Positions 40,777 to 54,374 of a stretch of DNA of 64,000 bases are shown here, piece after piece. The notes beneath the pieces were generated by a model. It searched no databases. It saw only the letters and a list, made by a program, of their open reading frames with translations, and was not told the DNA's origin. Source of the stretch: Octopus vulgaris (taxonomy: Eukaryota); contig OX597830.1 of the NCBI GenBank assembly GCA_951406725.2, positions 41,726,001 to 41,790,000 on the forward strand. Direction: 5' to 3'. Made by a program: the position numbers and the translations under genes. Each line of letters starts with the position of its first letter. Position 1 is the stretch's first letter.

Positions 40777-40940
40777 GATTCATTTTGCAAATGATGGTCT
40801 TTCTGTCAATGTGAAGCAGTTAGTTATTCTGTCTGTTTCTTCACAGGTAGTTCATGCTACATGCAAGAGCACAGGCAGAGTAGCATGACTTGTGTCCGCA
40901 ACTATGGCAGACTTGATTTGTTTATCACATTCACTTGTAA
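40777..40940 (+). mobile_element. Helitron Rep-domain fragment
   Basis: Frameshifted translation VIL..FTGSSCYMQEHRQSSMTCVRNYGRLDLFITFTCN, matching Rep motif 1. Confidence 0.8.
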
Positions 40941-41547
40941 TCTTAAATAGCTAGAGATCATAGTAGTTTTTTGTGCCTGAAGATAATTAGAAAGATCAGC
41001 AAGCTCTCAAATGGTTATGTAAACTGATCCTTGAATGACAGGCTCTGGCACACGTTGGCCAAATATGTAAGATTTGGTTGGATGGGGTGAGGTCATAATG
41101 ATGATGGTTTCCTTCTTTGGCTTTCCTCATTTGCTCTTACTTTTTCAAAGTAGCTTGCAGCAATCTGGATACAGTCTCACAACACTTCCCTAATTGCTGC
41201 AGCTCCCTCCCACCCTGTAGGATTGGTCCCTGACTAGGTGAACTGGTATTTCAACAGATCTTTAAAATGCTTCTGGTCGAGCACGCCTTTCTCTTTTTCT
41301 TTGGCTGAAATTATACCTGGTTTAACATCACCACCACCTCTGCTACTACCACCTGGTCCTCAACTGGTTATGGTCAAACAACTGACAAGCAAATCTGTGG
41401 CAGAATATTTGCTGTAATCCATCCTTTTACACCAAGACAAAACATGTACATGATAACAGTTAAGATCAAAAGTCATGAGAGCCAGTGCTTGGTACTGCAT
41501 CAGGACATGAGCCAGTTCCTGGTACTGCATGAGGACATTTATCATTA

Positions 41548-41920
41548 TTACTTCCACCTTAGCAAAGGCAGAGGTATTGTTTTCAGTCACATTTGTTTGT
41601 TTGTTTGTCTGTGGACAAGATATCTTAAGAACCACTGGATGGACTCAGATGAAACTTTCAGGGATGTTTGGCCTCATGACTAGCATGAACTGATTAGACT
41701 TTGGGATTGATCTGGTACTGGACAAGAATTCTGAATTATATTTTTCGTGTTTTTTTTTTAATTAATTTTTGATAGTAGTCAGGTTCATTTTTAATATTCT
41801 CGTTTGTGAGAGCAGTCGAGTTTATTTCAAATATTCTCATTTTAAAAATCATTTCTCACTAATCGTTGGGAGGACATTGGTGTTGCCTTGGCAGAGGTTT
41901 GCGCTCTCTGAGTGCTCTTG
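41548..41920 (+). mobile_element. HINE/DINE-1-like non-autonomous Helentron
   Basis: 5' inverted repeat ACTTCCACC..GGCAGAGGT, (GTTT/GTCT)n tract, 3' sub-TIR GGCAGAGGT followed by a GCGCTC..GAGTGC hairpin, T-rich flanks. Confidence 0.75.
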
Positions 41921-42410
41921 TTATTATTATTATTGTAATGTTGTAGCTGGCAGAATCTCTAAGCATTTTTTTTCTGGCTCTATGTTGAGTTCAATTCCAC
42001 TGAGATCGACTTTGCCTTTCAACCTTTCAGGATTGATAAAAGATGTACCAGTCATGTACTGGGGTCTATGTAATCAACTATTGGCTTCTGCAAACTTTCA
42101 GGTCTTGTACCTGTAGTATGAAGAAACATTGTTATTATCATAATTATTATTGCTATTAAGGCAGTGAGCGGGCAGAATCGTTAGCATGCTGGACAAAATG
42201 CTTTGCAGTATTTTACCCATTGCTACGTTCTGAGATGAAATTCCACCAAGGTCAACTTTGCCCTTTCATCCTTGTGAGGTTGATAAATTGTGATGTAATT
42301 GACAAGTCTCCTCCCCCAAAATTTCAGGCCTTGTGCCTATAGTTAAAAGGATTATTATTATTATTATTATTATTATCATTGTTATTATTATTATTATTAT
42401 TATTATTGTT

Positions 42411-43295
42411 GAGTGAGAGAACAATGCATGCCATAAAAGTGACACTCATCATGACTTCCCGTCTGATAAGGGTACATCAGGCACATGCATCACAACCATA
42501 TGTGCATGACATGGTGACCTTATATCAAGATAAACAGTGCATGATCTTTGACACCACTAGAAAAAAATCCCATTTTCCGTAGCGGTGTCGTATGAAATTG
42601 TCACCCATAATTATGACCCTAGTATCGATCTATTGCATTTCAATCTATTTTAGGATTAGGGTTAGGGGTGGAGGAAGGGTATCTTTTTTTCTTCGCAAAT
42701 GTAAATAAGCCCAATCTGTTTCTTAAACAAGGGACATATTCATACAGCATGGAATCTTTTCACCCCAAATGGAGGTGAGTGATTGGTTAAAATTGCCGAA
42801 ATGCTTGATTTTAAAGGGGAAATATATTACAACATATAGAATTTTCTCAATAAAGCCAAGAAAAAATGATGTTTTATAAACACATTTTACCAGTATGCGA
42901 AGTTTAAAAGTGTTCAGTTAACTAGAAATTGTGTTGACATCTGTCATTCAAAAGGAAAAGATCCAAATTTTCTTCAGGTCAAGTAGCCTATTCTGCTGGA
43001 AAGGTCCCTGAATAAGGATGATGAACAAAACACCCATTTTCCCAGAGGTGAATTATTCAAACCCCTGAGAATTCCTCTCAACACATGGCTATGACGCTCC
43101 CCCACTACTGCTCGTGATCAGAGATGTACATATTGTCAGCTCCTAAGGGACATGCTCAACTGGTTAAGGTCAAGCAATTGACAAGCAAATCTGTGGTATT
43201 GAGCAGAATATTTGCTGTAGCCCACCCATCTTTTTATACCAAGACAAAACAATGTACATGATAACACTTCCAATCAGTTAAGAGAGCTACTGTCT
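42411..43295. mobile_element. Non-coding interspersed element bracketed by (TTA)n, interrupted by a ~420-bp insertion at ~42545-42965
   Basis: Partial copies at 41361-41540 and 58093-58215; (TTA)n tracts at 42351-42410 and 43296-43329. Confidence 0.7.
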
Positions 43296-44662
43296 TATTA
43301 TTATTACTATTATTATTATTATTATTATTCTGATGACCCCACCCTAGTCATTCGATGTTTAAGGTTATAGAAATTTCTTTCAAAATTCCAATTTTGGTTT
43401 TCACATAAACTTGTGTAAGTGGAACTATATAAAATGTTAGAAAAAGAAACCTATCTGTTTCTTACAAGAGATACCAATGCATATATCTAAATCAAAATTT
43501 TTATCAGGGGCCCTTAAAATAGTATTGTGAATTCCAAATTTGCTATTTTATTATGTGGACCCCCAAAAATCTTATATGGACCCCAGTTGAGAACCACTGC
43601 TATAATGGATGGGAGACGTTATAGCACAGCTGTTTTGATGCCATTTATTTGGTATCGCTAGTTTGAAGCTGACTTATTTGACATCAGACATCATAGTGTT
43701 TCTCTCATTCTCTCCCTCTTTCCCTCTCTCTTTTACTATCACTCTCTTTCTCCCTCTCTTTCTGTTTGTTTGTCTCCCCCTCTCTCATTTTCTCTCTCTC
43801 TCGCACACACCCACTCTTTCTATCTGTATGTGTATATTTTTGTAAGCATCTGTATGTATGTGTGTGTCTATGTGTGTATTTGCCTCCAGAGCCAAAATGT
43901 ACTGTTGCCAAAACAGACTGCATGTCGACTCAGCCATGCCAAATCATCAGTCTCCAAACAGCTGCACCCAATTGTCTCAGTATGCTCTTTAATATATAAT
44001 AGAATAGACTGAAATATATTAAATAATATGGACTTTCATTATTGTCATAACATCAGATCCTCCCTGACAAAATAAGCAGTCATAGGATCTAAATCATTGC
44101 AAGCATCGGCACCTTGTCTTTTTGTATATCGGTAACTAGATTCCCCAAAGTATCCCTGCCCCAACATTTTTTGTTTTTGTTTTTGTAAGAACATAAGGTC
44201 TGATTTGAAAGAGATTTAACTGCTACCTCTAGCAATTCAGATAGCTATGTAGAGGATCATTGGCTTTTTTTATTATCATATACATTGTTAGAGTTCAAAA
44301 GTTAGATACAGAAGATAAAATATATGAAAGAAACAGCATAGATAAAGAATTAAAAAAAAAAAAAAAGAACAAAGCAGAATGTTAAGTTTGTATAAACGGC
44401 TATGTTAGCTTTTTTTGATTGATAACCCACTCAGAATGATAAATTCAAATTGAAAGTAAAGATGTAATGATTATAGAAACCTAACAAGTATATTGTTCTT
44501 CAGAAACAGAGTTGTAACTTCAACGTTAATACACAATCAATGGCTTTACTTGTTCTACAATCAGAGTGTCTGCCTCTGGAAAGAACCTCTCCAAGGAGCA
44601 GGGATGAACATGTTTTTTTTGTGATTTTATTCAACATATTCCAATTTCAAATTCACACACTT

Positions 44663-45933
44663 ATTAGAATAAAGACTTGTATGCTGAGGGTGCTGCTATA
44701 TCCTGTCACTGAATGCAGGAGATGATATCTCAACAGGCAGTGATGCATCTCTATAAGTGTCTTGGTACCTTCCACCACAAGGGGAAAAAAATTAAACATA
44801 CGATATAAAAATAAAGTAGAAGGAAGTAGTTACTTCTTAATGATTTTTTTCCTTCTTATTATGATTTGTGTTGAATAAGTCTACAAATTTAGACTCTAGC
44901 AAATGCACCACAGTTCCATGTTCTTCTTTCTCATCTTCATTGTAATCGTTGTTGTTGTTGGTATCATGGCTACCACTGTTGTCATATTATAGTTTCATTG
45001 TTTAGATGTTAGAATTCTTGCCAGCATGGAAGAGGGAACATTAAATGATGATGATGAATCCTTATCTACACACCATCTTGCCAGCCATCTTGATCTTGGT
45101 TCATCTCATCTGTATGAGGGGGTGCTGAAAAGTCCCTGGCTTTGGGTAAATGAAAATACAGGAGGATCAGTTAATTATGATTTTATGCAACATATTCCCC
45201 TGTCAGATTCACACACTTATTGCAGCAGTCCTTCAGTTTTTCTAAACCCTGTAAAAAGAACTTGGAAGGTTGGGCTTCCAACTAGGCCTTTTGCGATATT
45301 CTTAAGGCTGGGAACTTTCCAGCACCACCTTGTATAACTCAAAATTCTCAGATGCCCAACCTTCCAAATTCTTTTTACAGGGTTTAGAAAAACTGAAGGA
45401 CTGCTGCAATAAGTGTGTGAATCTGACAAGGGAATATGTTGAATAAAATCATAATTAACTGATCCTCCTGTATTTTTCATTTACCCAAAGCCAGGGACTT
45501 TTCAGCACCCCCTCATACAGATGAGATGAACCAAGATCAAGATGGCTGGCAAAATGGTGTGTTCCCTCTTCCATGCTGGCAAGAATTCTAACATCTAAAC
45601 AATGAAACTATAATATGACAACAGTGGTAGCCATGATACCAAAACAACAATGATTACAATGAAGATGAGAAAGAAGAACATGGAACTGTGGTGCATTTGC
45701 TAGAGTCTAAATTTGTAGACTTATTCAACACAAATAATAAGAAGGGAAAAAATCATTAAGAAGTAACTACTTCCTTCTACTTTATTTTTATATCGTATGT
45801 TTAATTTTTTTCCCCATGTGGTGGAAGGTACCAAGACACTTATAGAGATGCATCACTACCTGTTGAGATATCATCTCCTACATTCAGTGACAGGATATAG
45901 CAGCACCACCAGCATACAAGTCTTTATTCTAAT
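44663..45933. repeat. Long inverted repeat: arms 44663-45275 and 45354-45933, ~78-nt spacer
   Basis: Direct reverse-complement comparison; about a dozen substitutions and three indels by eye. Confidence 0.97.
45113..45336. mobile_element. Tc1/mariner-type MITE
   Basis: TA-flanked TIRs TGAGGGGGTGCTGAAAAGTCCC ... GGGAACTTTCCAGCACCACCTTG. Confidence 0.75.
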
Positions 45934-46059
45934 TGAAAAAAAAAAATTCATTAAAAAAGTAACTACATCCATTCATCCTCTCCACCCACTATTTCTGGCA
46001 GAATTGTTGAGGGGGTAAAGTCCACAGGCACCTCCTCCTTATGGTCCTATCAGAAGCAG

Positions 46060-46350
46060 CCATTTATTAACCCTCTCTTACATATTGCATCTAATTCCTT
46101 TTATGCCCAACTTGTCTCTCAATATACCAGTGGTCTGTTTCATGTGCACACTGATATCACATACCCAGCAGAGTGTACCAGTTTCATTCCTCTCCAGCCT
46201 TTGTATGTCCTCCACATTCAGGACCCACACTTCACTACCATGCAGCATTGCAGTTCGTACACATGCATCATACATGTTTCCCTTCACTTGGTGAGAGAAG
46301 CCTTTGGTTGTCAACAAAGGTAAAAGCTCTCTGAACTTTCTCCATAATAC
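46060..46350 (-). mobile_element. RTE-type LINE ORF fragment
   Basis: VKGNMYDACVRTAMLHGSEVW...LERNE...LRDKLGI. Confidence 0.8.
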
Positions 46351-47783
46351 TTATTTATTCTCATCATTTTGAATCAATCATGCATTATCTCGTAGCTTCA
46401 AGATTCCAATGATGGGATTGTTTCTTTTTAGAAAGACATTGTAGGGTAGGTGGGACTGGCCATATCTGGCTAGTTTGAATTTAAAACAATTAGATATGGC
46501 TGGTTCAAATGCTAAAGTGGTAAACTTTCTGGTTGGAATTCCCAAGGGTGACCAACTGAGGCTGTGGATATTATCCAATTATTTCATTGCTGGTTTCCTC
46601 CTATATCTCCTGCCAGTTGGCTCAGCTTGAAGAATCTGTTCTGCAATTCTTTCCTGCATTGTTCTTATGATATATCTGTATTACTGGAGTGGTAGCCTCT
46701 CAATGCAGAAAAGTAGCAGCTCAACCCAGAGAGACTCTCTCACATCTGAGCTCCACACCCTGTTGGGTAACATACTGCAGGGATCCTTTGGTGAAATCCC
46801 ATTTTGGTTAACTAAATCCTTTCATTTTATTTTCATATCTTGTATTTTAATTTTTATCATTTTGAGAGGAGATATTTCATAATTAGAGACCTATACAACA
46901 TCTTTGTTTGAGTAAAGATCTTCATTCTTGCTAATTGTTAATACTACTAACCCATCTAAGACCACCCTTGGTTCTAGGACACAAACTTCCTGTTTTAACC
47001 CTTTCGTTATCATATTTATTTTGAGATGCTCTGTGTTTCTTTCAATCAATTTTGAATATAACAAAGAATTTAGTAAAATAACTTAGTTACCATTAAGCTA
47101 GTGTTAGGAACATAAATTGTGACTAAGATTTGGTGGAATATTTTAATTCAAAACTTATGAAAACAAAACATTTATACTATGGAGCCAGAGCCAGCTTCAG
47201 CTGGGTTGGTATCAAAAGGGTTAAAAGGATCTAAATTTGAATCCTCCATCAAAATTTCATGTTAAAATAAGTTCCAAGTTATGTTTCATGTGTGTAAGGT
47301 CAAAGTCTCCTAAGATTGAAGAGTCCTCCTGGATTGTCTGAAGGAACTTCATGTAACTTTGCAACCAGAAATGAACAAATTTGCTATGGCCTACTATTGC
47401 TTTGGCCTTACAGTAAACATTAAAAAAGACCAAGGCCCTTGCACAACCAGCCCCAAATACCAAAATACCATAAGTTCCAAGCACCAGCTTAATATTCCTT
47501 TCTACTGGAAGCACAAGGCCTTGAATTTGGGGGCAGGGATTAAGTCGATTACATCAATCCCAGTGCATAACTGGTACTAATTTTATCAAACCCAAAAGGA
47601 TGAAAGGCAAAGTCGACTTCGGCGGAATATGAACTCAGAATGTAAAGATGGATGAAATACTGCTAAGCATTTTGCCCGGCATGCTAATGATTCTGCCAGC
47701 TTGCTGCTTTAAGCACCAGCTTAATAATGACAAAATTATTGTGCAAATTCTTAATTATTTTAAAAACTAATTAAAGTAAAGTT

Positions 47784-48200
47784 GTAGGAGTGGCTGTGTG
47801 GTAAGTAGCTTGCTTACCAGCCACATGGTTCCGGGTTCAGTCCTACTGCGTGGCACCTTGGGCAAGTGTCTTCTACTATAGCCTCGGGCCGACCAAAGCC
47901 TTGTGAGTGAATTTGGTAGACAGAAACTGAAAGAAGCCCGTCGTATATATGTATATATATATATATATGTGTGTGTGCGTGTATGTTTGTGTGTCTGTGT
48001 TTGTCCCCCTAGCATTGCTTGACAACCGATGCTGGTGTGTTTATGTACCCGTCACTTGGCGGTTCGGCAAAAGATACCGATAGAATAAGTACTGGGCTTA
48101 CAAAGAATAAGTCCCGGGGTCGAGTTGCTCGACTAAAGGTGGTGCTCCAGCATGGCCGCAGTCAAATGACTGAAACAAGAAAAAGAGTAAAAGAGAAAGA
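47784..48200 (+). mobile_element. tRNA-derived CORE-like SINE (OR-like), best-preserved copy. Others near 372, 612, 1305, 1563, 9361, 10893, 21190, 27340, 28222 (+) and 10630, 27115, 39113, 53660, 54778 (-)
   Basis: A-box TGGCTGTGTGG, B-box GGTTCAGTCC, CORE-like GGCACCTTGGGCAAGTGTCTT, internal (TA)n(TG)n, many homologous copies. Confidence 0.88.
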
Positions 48201-50513
48201 GAGTATTAGAGCAGAAATATGGTAATGAAAGTGTTAAGTGACTTACATTTCTAGCCTTTAACTTTTAACTTGCCACCACTTTGCCTAACAATGCCCTTGA
48301 GTAATGCAGTAACACAGACATCAATTCTCATTATTTATGAATTAATATCCATGGTATAGTATTGATTTTGACTATAATATATTATGAAAATTATGTCAAG
48401 GAATGCGATAGACAGAAACCAATATGTTGACATTATAGTTACTTTGTAGCTTTATCTTTTTTAAAACCTGGTTTGTATTAGAAAAGTCATCCATCCATAA
48501 AAACTTTTTCTTTCATGAGCTGATAAGAGTATCTTTATGCATTTGATGATCAGCAGCAAAATCTCCATGAAATCATACTCTAATATTTTTTAAAAGAGGA
48601 AAAAAAGTGTTATATTTGATAATGCATACTAGATACACTCTGTATGGACACTGCTGGAACACATTTCAATGTCTGCTTTATTAGAGTTGTTCTGGGATAA
48701 GCAACAACAACAACAACAACCTTTCGTTTCACTTATATATATGATCATATAATGTTACCACAGAAAAATTAGTTGAAAATGGTACTTGTGGCTGAATATA
48801 TGTTTTTTTTTATTATTTATATACAATAGCATCAATGATTACACATTTTTAATTGACCAATTATTGGTTCATTATATTTCTGACAGCAGGAGTAACAGGG
48901 AGTGCCTATAACCCAGTGTAGAACAAATACCACAAGTGACTCTATTTGTAAAGTATTGGGCTTCATTTTTACTTCTTCAATTTTCTCAGTGATATTTACA
49001 TCCTTTACCAATATACATTTCCAAAACATTCCATAACATTTCAGATTTTGGAAGTGAGAACAATTGGTTTGTATGGTGAGAGAATTTGCCCTTTCTCACA
49101 ATGGAACACAATGTTGTAGGTTTCCAATGATTTGGATAGATTCATGTAAGGAAGAAAGAGAACGAGTTTGGTAATGAGAGGAGTTAGCACTTAAACATAC
49201 TTGCCTGAGAAGGATGGAAATGGCTCTATAAGGACAAGACATCTTGTAGGGTTTGAAGCAATCAGAGGAGATTTTGCAGGTGGCAACTGTAAGTAAGTGA
49301 TGAGACAGGTGGCACAGAGAAGGTAAATTTGGTAATTCTTGTGGAGTGTGGAGTTGCAATCTAAGCAAGCAGCAAATGTGGAAGCAAGAGTGTTGTTAAT
49401 GCAATCATTTTAATTGAGATGTTCTGGCTAAGAGGATTGTGCCAAGTTGGTAAAGATCCTCTTGACTAGGTGTGAGCTGGGAGGATTCAAATGTTTTGGC
49501 TGTAATTGGGGATTTGGAGTCTGTGCAATTCATGGAGGGATGCTTCACTTTTCTGATAGTAGTTGTTACTGATGTTTAGTCCCCCTCATATCAACTCTGA
49601 TCATTTTGACTGATGATCAAAGATTCTCTAGCTATAACCATCCCTTCCATTATGTGAATCAAATATAACATTATCTAGAATATCTTTTCTATTTTTAAGA
49701 TTCTAGGGTTGAATTGAGGGAGACTTGGCAACTATTTCTAGCAGGTCGAGCAAACTCATAGAAGTTGTGTTGTAGTTGTAGGTGAAAATGTCATTGTTGA
49801 TGGTTGTGTATGACCCCCTGAAGCTGATCTGCACAGGGTTCTCTTAACTGAATTGCTGTTAGCAAACCACTTAGGGGCCTTACTTACAAATTTTGATTAT
49901 GTAAAGAAAAATTATGTTTAAGAGAATGGTCTTGTTCACTTGCTTAGCAATTGCAGATGCATCAGGTTGCCAGATCTAATCAACCATTTAGGTGACTTTA
50001 AGTACTAGAAGGTTTCCAGGTGTCGTTGCAGTACTGTAGGAAAATGTGAAGTATGTTGCCTTGATTACAAGATCAAATAATTTAATGTATGCAGAGATCA
50101 TGGTGGGAATGCATAACCTATTAAATAATAGGAGGACCAAAGAAAATTTCTTCTTCATTTAATGCATTTAGGAAAATACTGCCTTGAGGGCAGGAGGCTT
50201 TCTCTCTCTCTCTTTCACCAGGTTCTATTTATAGGAGGTGTTCAGTACAGCACAAGCTAATGGAACGCTTCATATTAGAGTCGTAGATGATGCTGAATTA
50301 GTTGAATTATTAGAACAGAGGGGACAATGGTTTGCAGCACTTACATCTCTTTACATTCTGAATTCAAACTTTACTTGGTGACTTATTTAACGAACCTTAG
50401 GGGGTTCATTAAATAAGTAGCAGTCCTTTAATCAGCTATACCTCACTCTCAGTCTCTGGTTTTGTGTCAAAGTTTATAAACCAACATTACAGTACCACTA
50501 CTGCTGCTGTATA

Positions 50514-51391
50514 TGAGGTCTGATCAATAAGTATCCGGACTATTGCCATAGTAGCAAAGCTTAAAGCATGCAGAGTGAAGCTGCTTGGCAAAAGTTTGAC
50601 CTTGAACACTGCTGTGCATGTGCACTAAGTTTCAACATTCCAGTTCACTTCTGATGTTTACAGTAGTGCTTGGAAGGAAGGTGTGTGGCGTGTGATCATC
50701 ACATTGATCGTGACAAAGAAAGTTATCATGGCAATACCTGCTCAGGTGCCTATGCAAAGTTGCAGGGGTGTATGAGCTGTACACAAGTGTACAAGTGGTT
50801 CGAATATTTCCAAGTTGGCAGAAAAAATGTCAATATTGACGAGCATTCTGTGAGATCCACAACCAGCAGATCTGAGAAAAATATCGCAGATGTGCATGCA
50901 GCTGTGAGGAGAAATTGTTGAATCACTATCTGTGAGTTATCAGAGGATTTGCAGATTAATAATGGTTCAGTTCAGTCCATTATCACTGAAGATTTGGGTA
51001 TGAGATGTGTGTTTGCTAAGTCTGTACCAAAACTGTTTTCAGCTGATCAAAAAGACACTCGGGTTTCAGTTGCACAAGGTCTTGATTGTGTCGGGAATGA
51101 TGAAAACTTTTTGGAAACTTTGTGTAGGCCTTTGAGCACGTATCACCAAACTTTTGGCAAATTGCGATAAAGATTCTCCACTCAACTTTCTCTGTCATGG
51201 TCAATGCAATGATCACACTTTACACACCTTCCTTCCAAGCACTGCTGTAAACAGAGGAAGTGAGTTAAAATGTTAAAACCTAGTGCACATGCACAGCAGA
51301 GGTCAAGGTCAATCTGTTCTAGCAGCTTCACTGAGCATGCTTTAGCTTCATTACTATAGCAACAGTCTGGATACTTATTGATCAGACCACA
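50514..51391 (+). mobile_element. Non-autonomous mariner with ~200-bp inverted termini and a decayed transposase N-terminus
   Basis: TA TSD; TIR TGAGGTCTGATCAATAAGTATCC. Remnant peptides VYKWFEYFQVGR..DEHSVRS and ITEDLGMRCVFAKSVPKLFS (HTH region and WVPHEL-like motif); no DDD domain. Confidence 0.9.
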
Positions 51392-51884
51392 TATTGTTAT
51401 ATCAGCTGAGTGGACTGGAGCAACATGAAATGAAGTGTTTTGCTGAAGAACATAATGCATTGCCCAGTTCAGGAATTGAAACCACAATTTTACGATCATA
51501 AGTCCAACACCCTAATCAGTAAGCCATGTACCTCAACCTTGTGCCTATAGCAGAAAGAATTTAAGTTCAGGTGAAGTGTTCTATTTGAGGCAAACCTATT
51601 GGCTATGATGCATTACAAGCTACCAACTAATTTTTACTATTGAATCTCACTTTCAGGTCATACACATTTAGATGTATTTTGCAACCATGAAGAGAAAACA
51701 AAGATTTCTTGGGTGAGGGAGCAGGGAAAGAGGTTCCATTCAGATTCTGACTCAGTATTATGAGTTGAAAATAGTAAACTGGTAAAGATTAGAACTGAAA
51801 ACAGTGAGTGGAAATAAAATGTAAGGGATTTACTTCATAATCATAAATTATTTTCTGTCAAGATTTATTATTATTGGATTTTAA

Positions 51885-52640
51885 AGTGGTGAGCTGGTAG
51901 AACTGTTAGAATGTCAGACAAAATGCTTAGTGGTATTTCTTCTGACTCTTTAAGTTCTGAGTTGAAAGCCTAAGAAGGTCAGCTTTGCATTTCATCATTG
52001 GGAGATTGGCAAAATTTGTACCAGTTAAATACTGGGATTGATGTAACCAACTTGCACTCTCCCCTCAGAATTTATGGCATTGTGCCAAAATTAGAAAGAA
52101 TTATTATTACTGGATTTCCAGAAATTTTAGAGGAGCATAAAAAAACAAAAACAGTTTGTGCTATTATTTCTGGGTTCAAATCCCACCAAAGTCAAATTTA
52201 CCTTTCGTCTCTCCAAAGTTGGTAAAATAAACTATCAGTTGTATACTGAGGTCAATTTAATCAACAAAATCCCTCTACCAAACTCCAAGCCTTATGTTTA
52301 TGTTAGAAACAATTCCAGCACTTTATATTCTGAGCTGAAATGCCACTGACATTAACTTTGCCTTTCATCCCTCTAAAGTCAATAAAATAACATACCACTC
52401 ATGTACTCGTGTTGAGTTAATTGATACCTCTCCCACAAAAACTTCAGGTTCTGTTCCCATATTAAAAATAGCTATTATGATCATATTATGAAGGTTTTTA
52501 CATTCAGAGCTTGACTCTATTTTTCATCCTTCTGAGGTTGATAAAATGAAGTACTGAGTACTGAGTCAAGTGCTGAGCACAATTTAATTTACCCTTTTCT
52601 CCTAATTTCCAACCTTGTGCATATGTTGGAGATCATCATT
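51885..52640 (+). repeat. Older head-to-tail array of four Meta-type SINEs
   Basis: Repeated TTTCATC...ATAAAAT domain near 51990, 52200, 52360 and 52520. Confidence 0.75.
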
Positions 52641-54374
52641 ATTTGTCTTTGAAATAATTTCAGGAAGTTGGACCATAATTTATTTGATGAAAAGAAAGGG
52701 TTGTTTTTTTCTTTGTTTCTTTTGTAGACAAAGGACTTCAGAACATTTGGATGTCAACTCCATTATCTGGAGTAGAGAAAAGAACTATCTTTTAAACAAT
52801 TATACCGTTGAAAAAAAGTTTTTATTAATTTAATATGGCTTCTTCTGTGGGAGCTGGAAGGGGTTGAGCAATAAACAAGTTAGTATTGGTTATTTCTTCA
52901 AGTAAAAAACAGTTTGGAAATAATAAATTGGAATTTTAAATAAAAGACAAATATAAAAAAAAAATGAATATAATTAAACAAGTATTGAACAAGATACAGC
53001 AGGTATTAACACTTTAACCACTGAAAATTAACTGAAAAGATTTCCAGTAACATTAATAGTAAGAGCAAAGCAACAGTTTTGCTAGAGTTGCTAATCAGAA
53101 GAAGTTGCTCAACATAGATTTGTTCCTAAGAAAGAAAAGAACTTGAGAAAGACTTTTGTATTTGACAAGTGAGAGTTCCATTTTGTCCAAACAAATATAT
53201 ACCATGGAACAGACAAAAGAAGTAATGTGTGTGTTCTCTTAAAATAGAGGAGCCATCTATTTGCCCTCAGAATAACAGTTGGAAGAAACACTAGCTTATG
53301 TGTGGTAATAATGTGAGCACCATTAACTGGGCTTAACCATATGAAAGAATGTATCTGGTCTCTAAAACTAAAGCAAGTACTGCAATATATAGGCCATGGA
53401 CAGGGGAACAGGTTGTAGCATTGATCCTAGGTTTGTCATTATGTTTGCAACCAAAATCTTCTAAACTATAGTTTAATTTTAACCCCTGCAGGGTTTATAA
53501 AAAAAAGAATTCAATCAAATATTTCTCCCCACCCTCCATTCCATGCTGCACTGCACATCAGAGTATCCTTGGACAGTTCCAATAGCATATCAATCTTTCC
53601 ATGAGAAGAGATTGGATGCTAATCTCTTTGCCTTTTCTCCTTTTCAGAAGGGAGGAACGAACTTACTGTCTACCAAATTCTACTCACAAAATTTGGTCAA
53701 CCCAAACTTTGGTGGAAGTTATATGTCCAGGATGACATGCAGTGGGACAGAACACCAAACCACATGGTACAAAGTGAGTGTCTTAATTACACTGCCAGAA
53801 TTGGTCATGTAGGATGTTAGGTGATTTTGTCAAATTGTAAACGATCAGAATCTCTACAAACTGGCTATGAAAGTGATGAAAACATTAAATATAATGAAGT
53901 GATTTGCACAAACTCAGTAGTCAATATAAGATAAACCATCTTGATATCAGTCTGAGAGTCATCTCTTATTCTATAATACGAAACTGATTATTTTAAAGAA
54001 TTCATATTCAAGCTTTTTGATAGTAACCCTTTAGTTCTGTAATGTGAATTCCTTGTTGTAAAGAGATCTAAGTTAAAACCTTCCATCAAAATTTCAAGTT
54101 GATTTATATTCCAAACACCAGCTTAATAATGACAATACTATTTTAGTAAATTCTTTGATATTTTCAAAATTAATTGAAATAAAAGCACTGCATTTCAACT
54201 GAACTACGATAATGCCAGGTTTAAATTAAAACATTCTCCAACAGTTTTGTGGAAGAGTTTTTTGTTAATGTTCCAAACACAAACGTAACAATGGAAATGA
54301 TAGTTATTTTACAAAATCTATTCATATTCTTGATTATTTTCAAAATTAATTACAGAATGTAAGTAATATATCTG

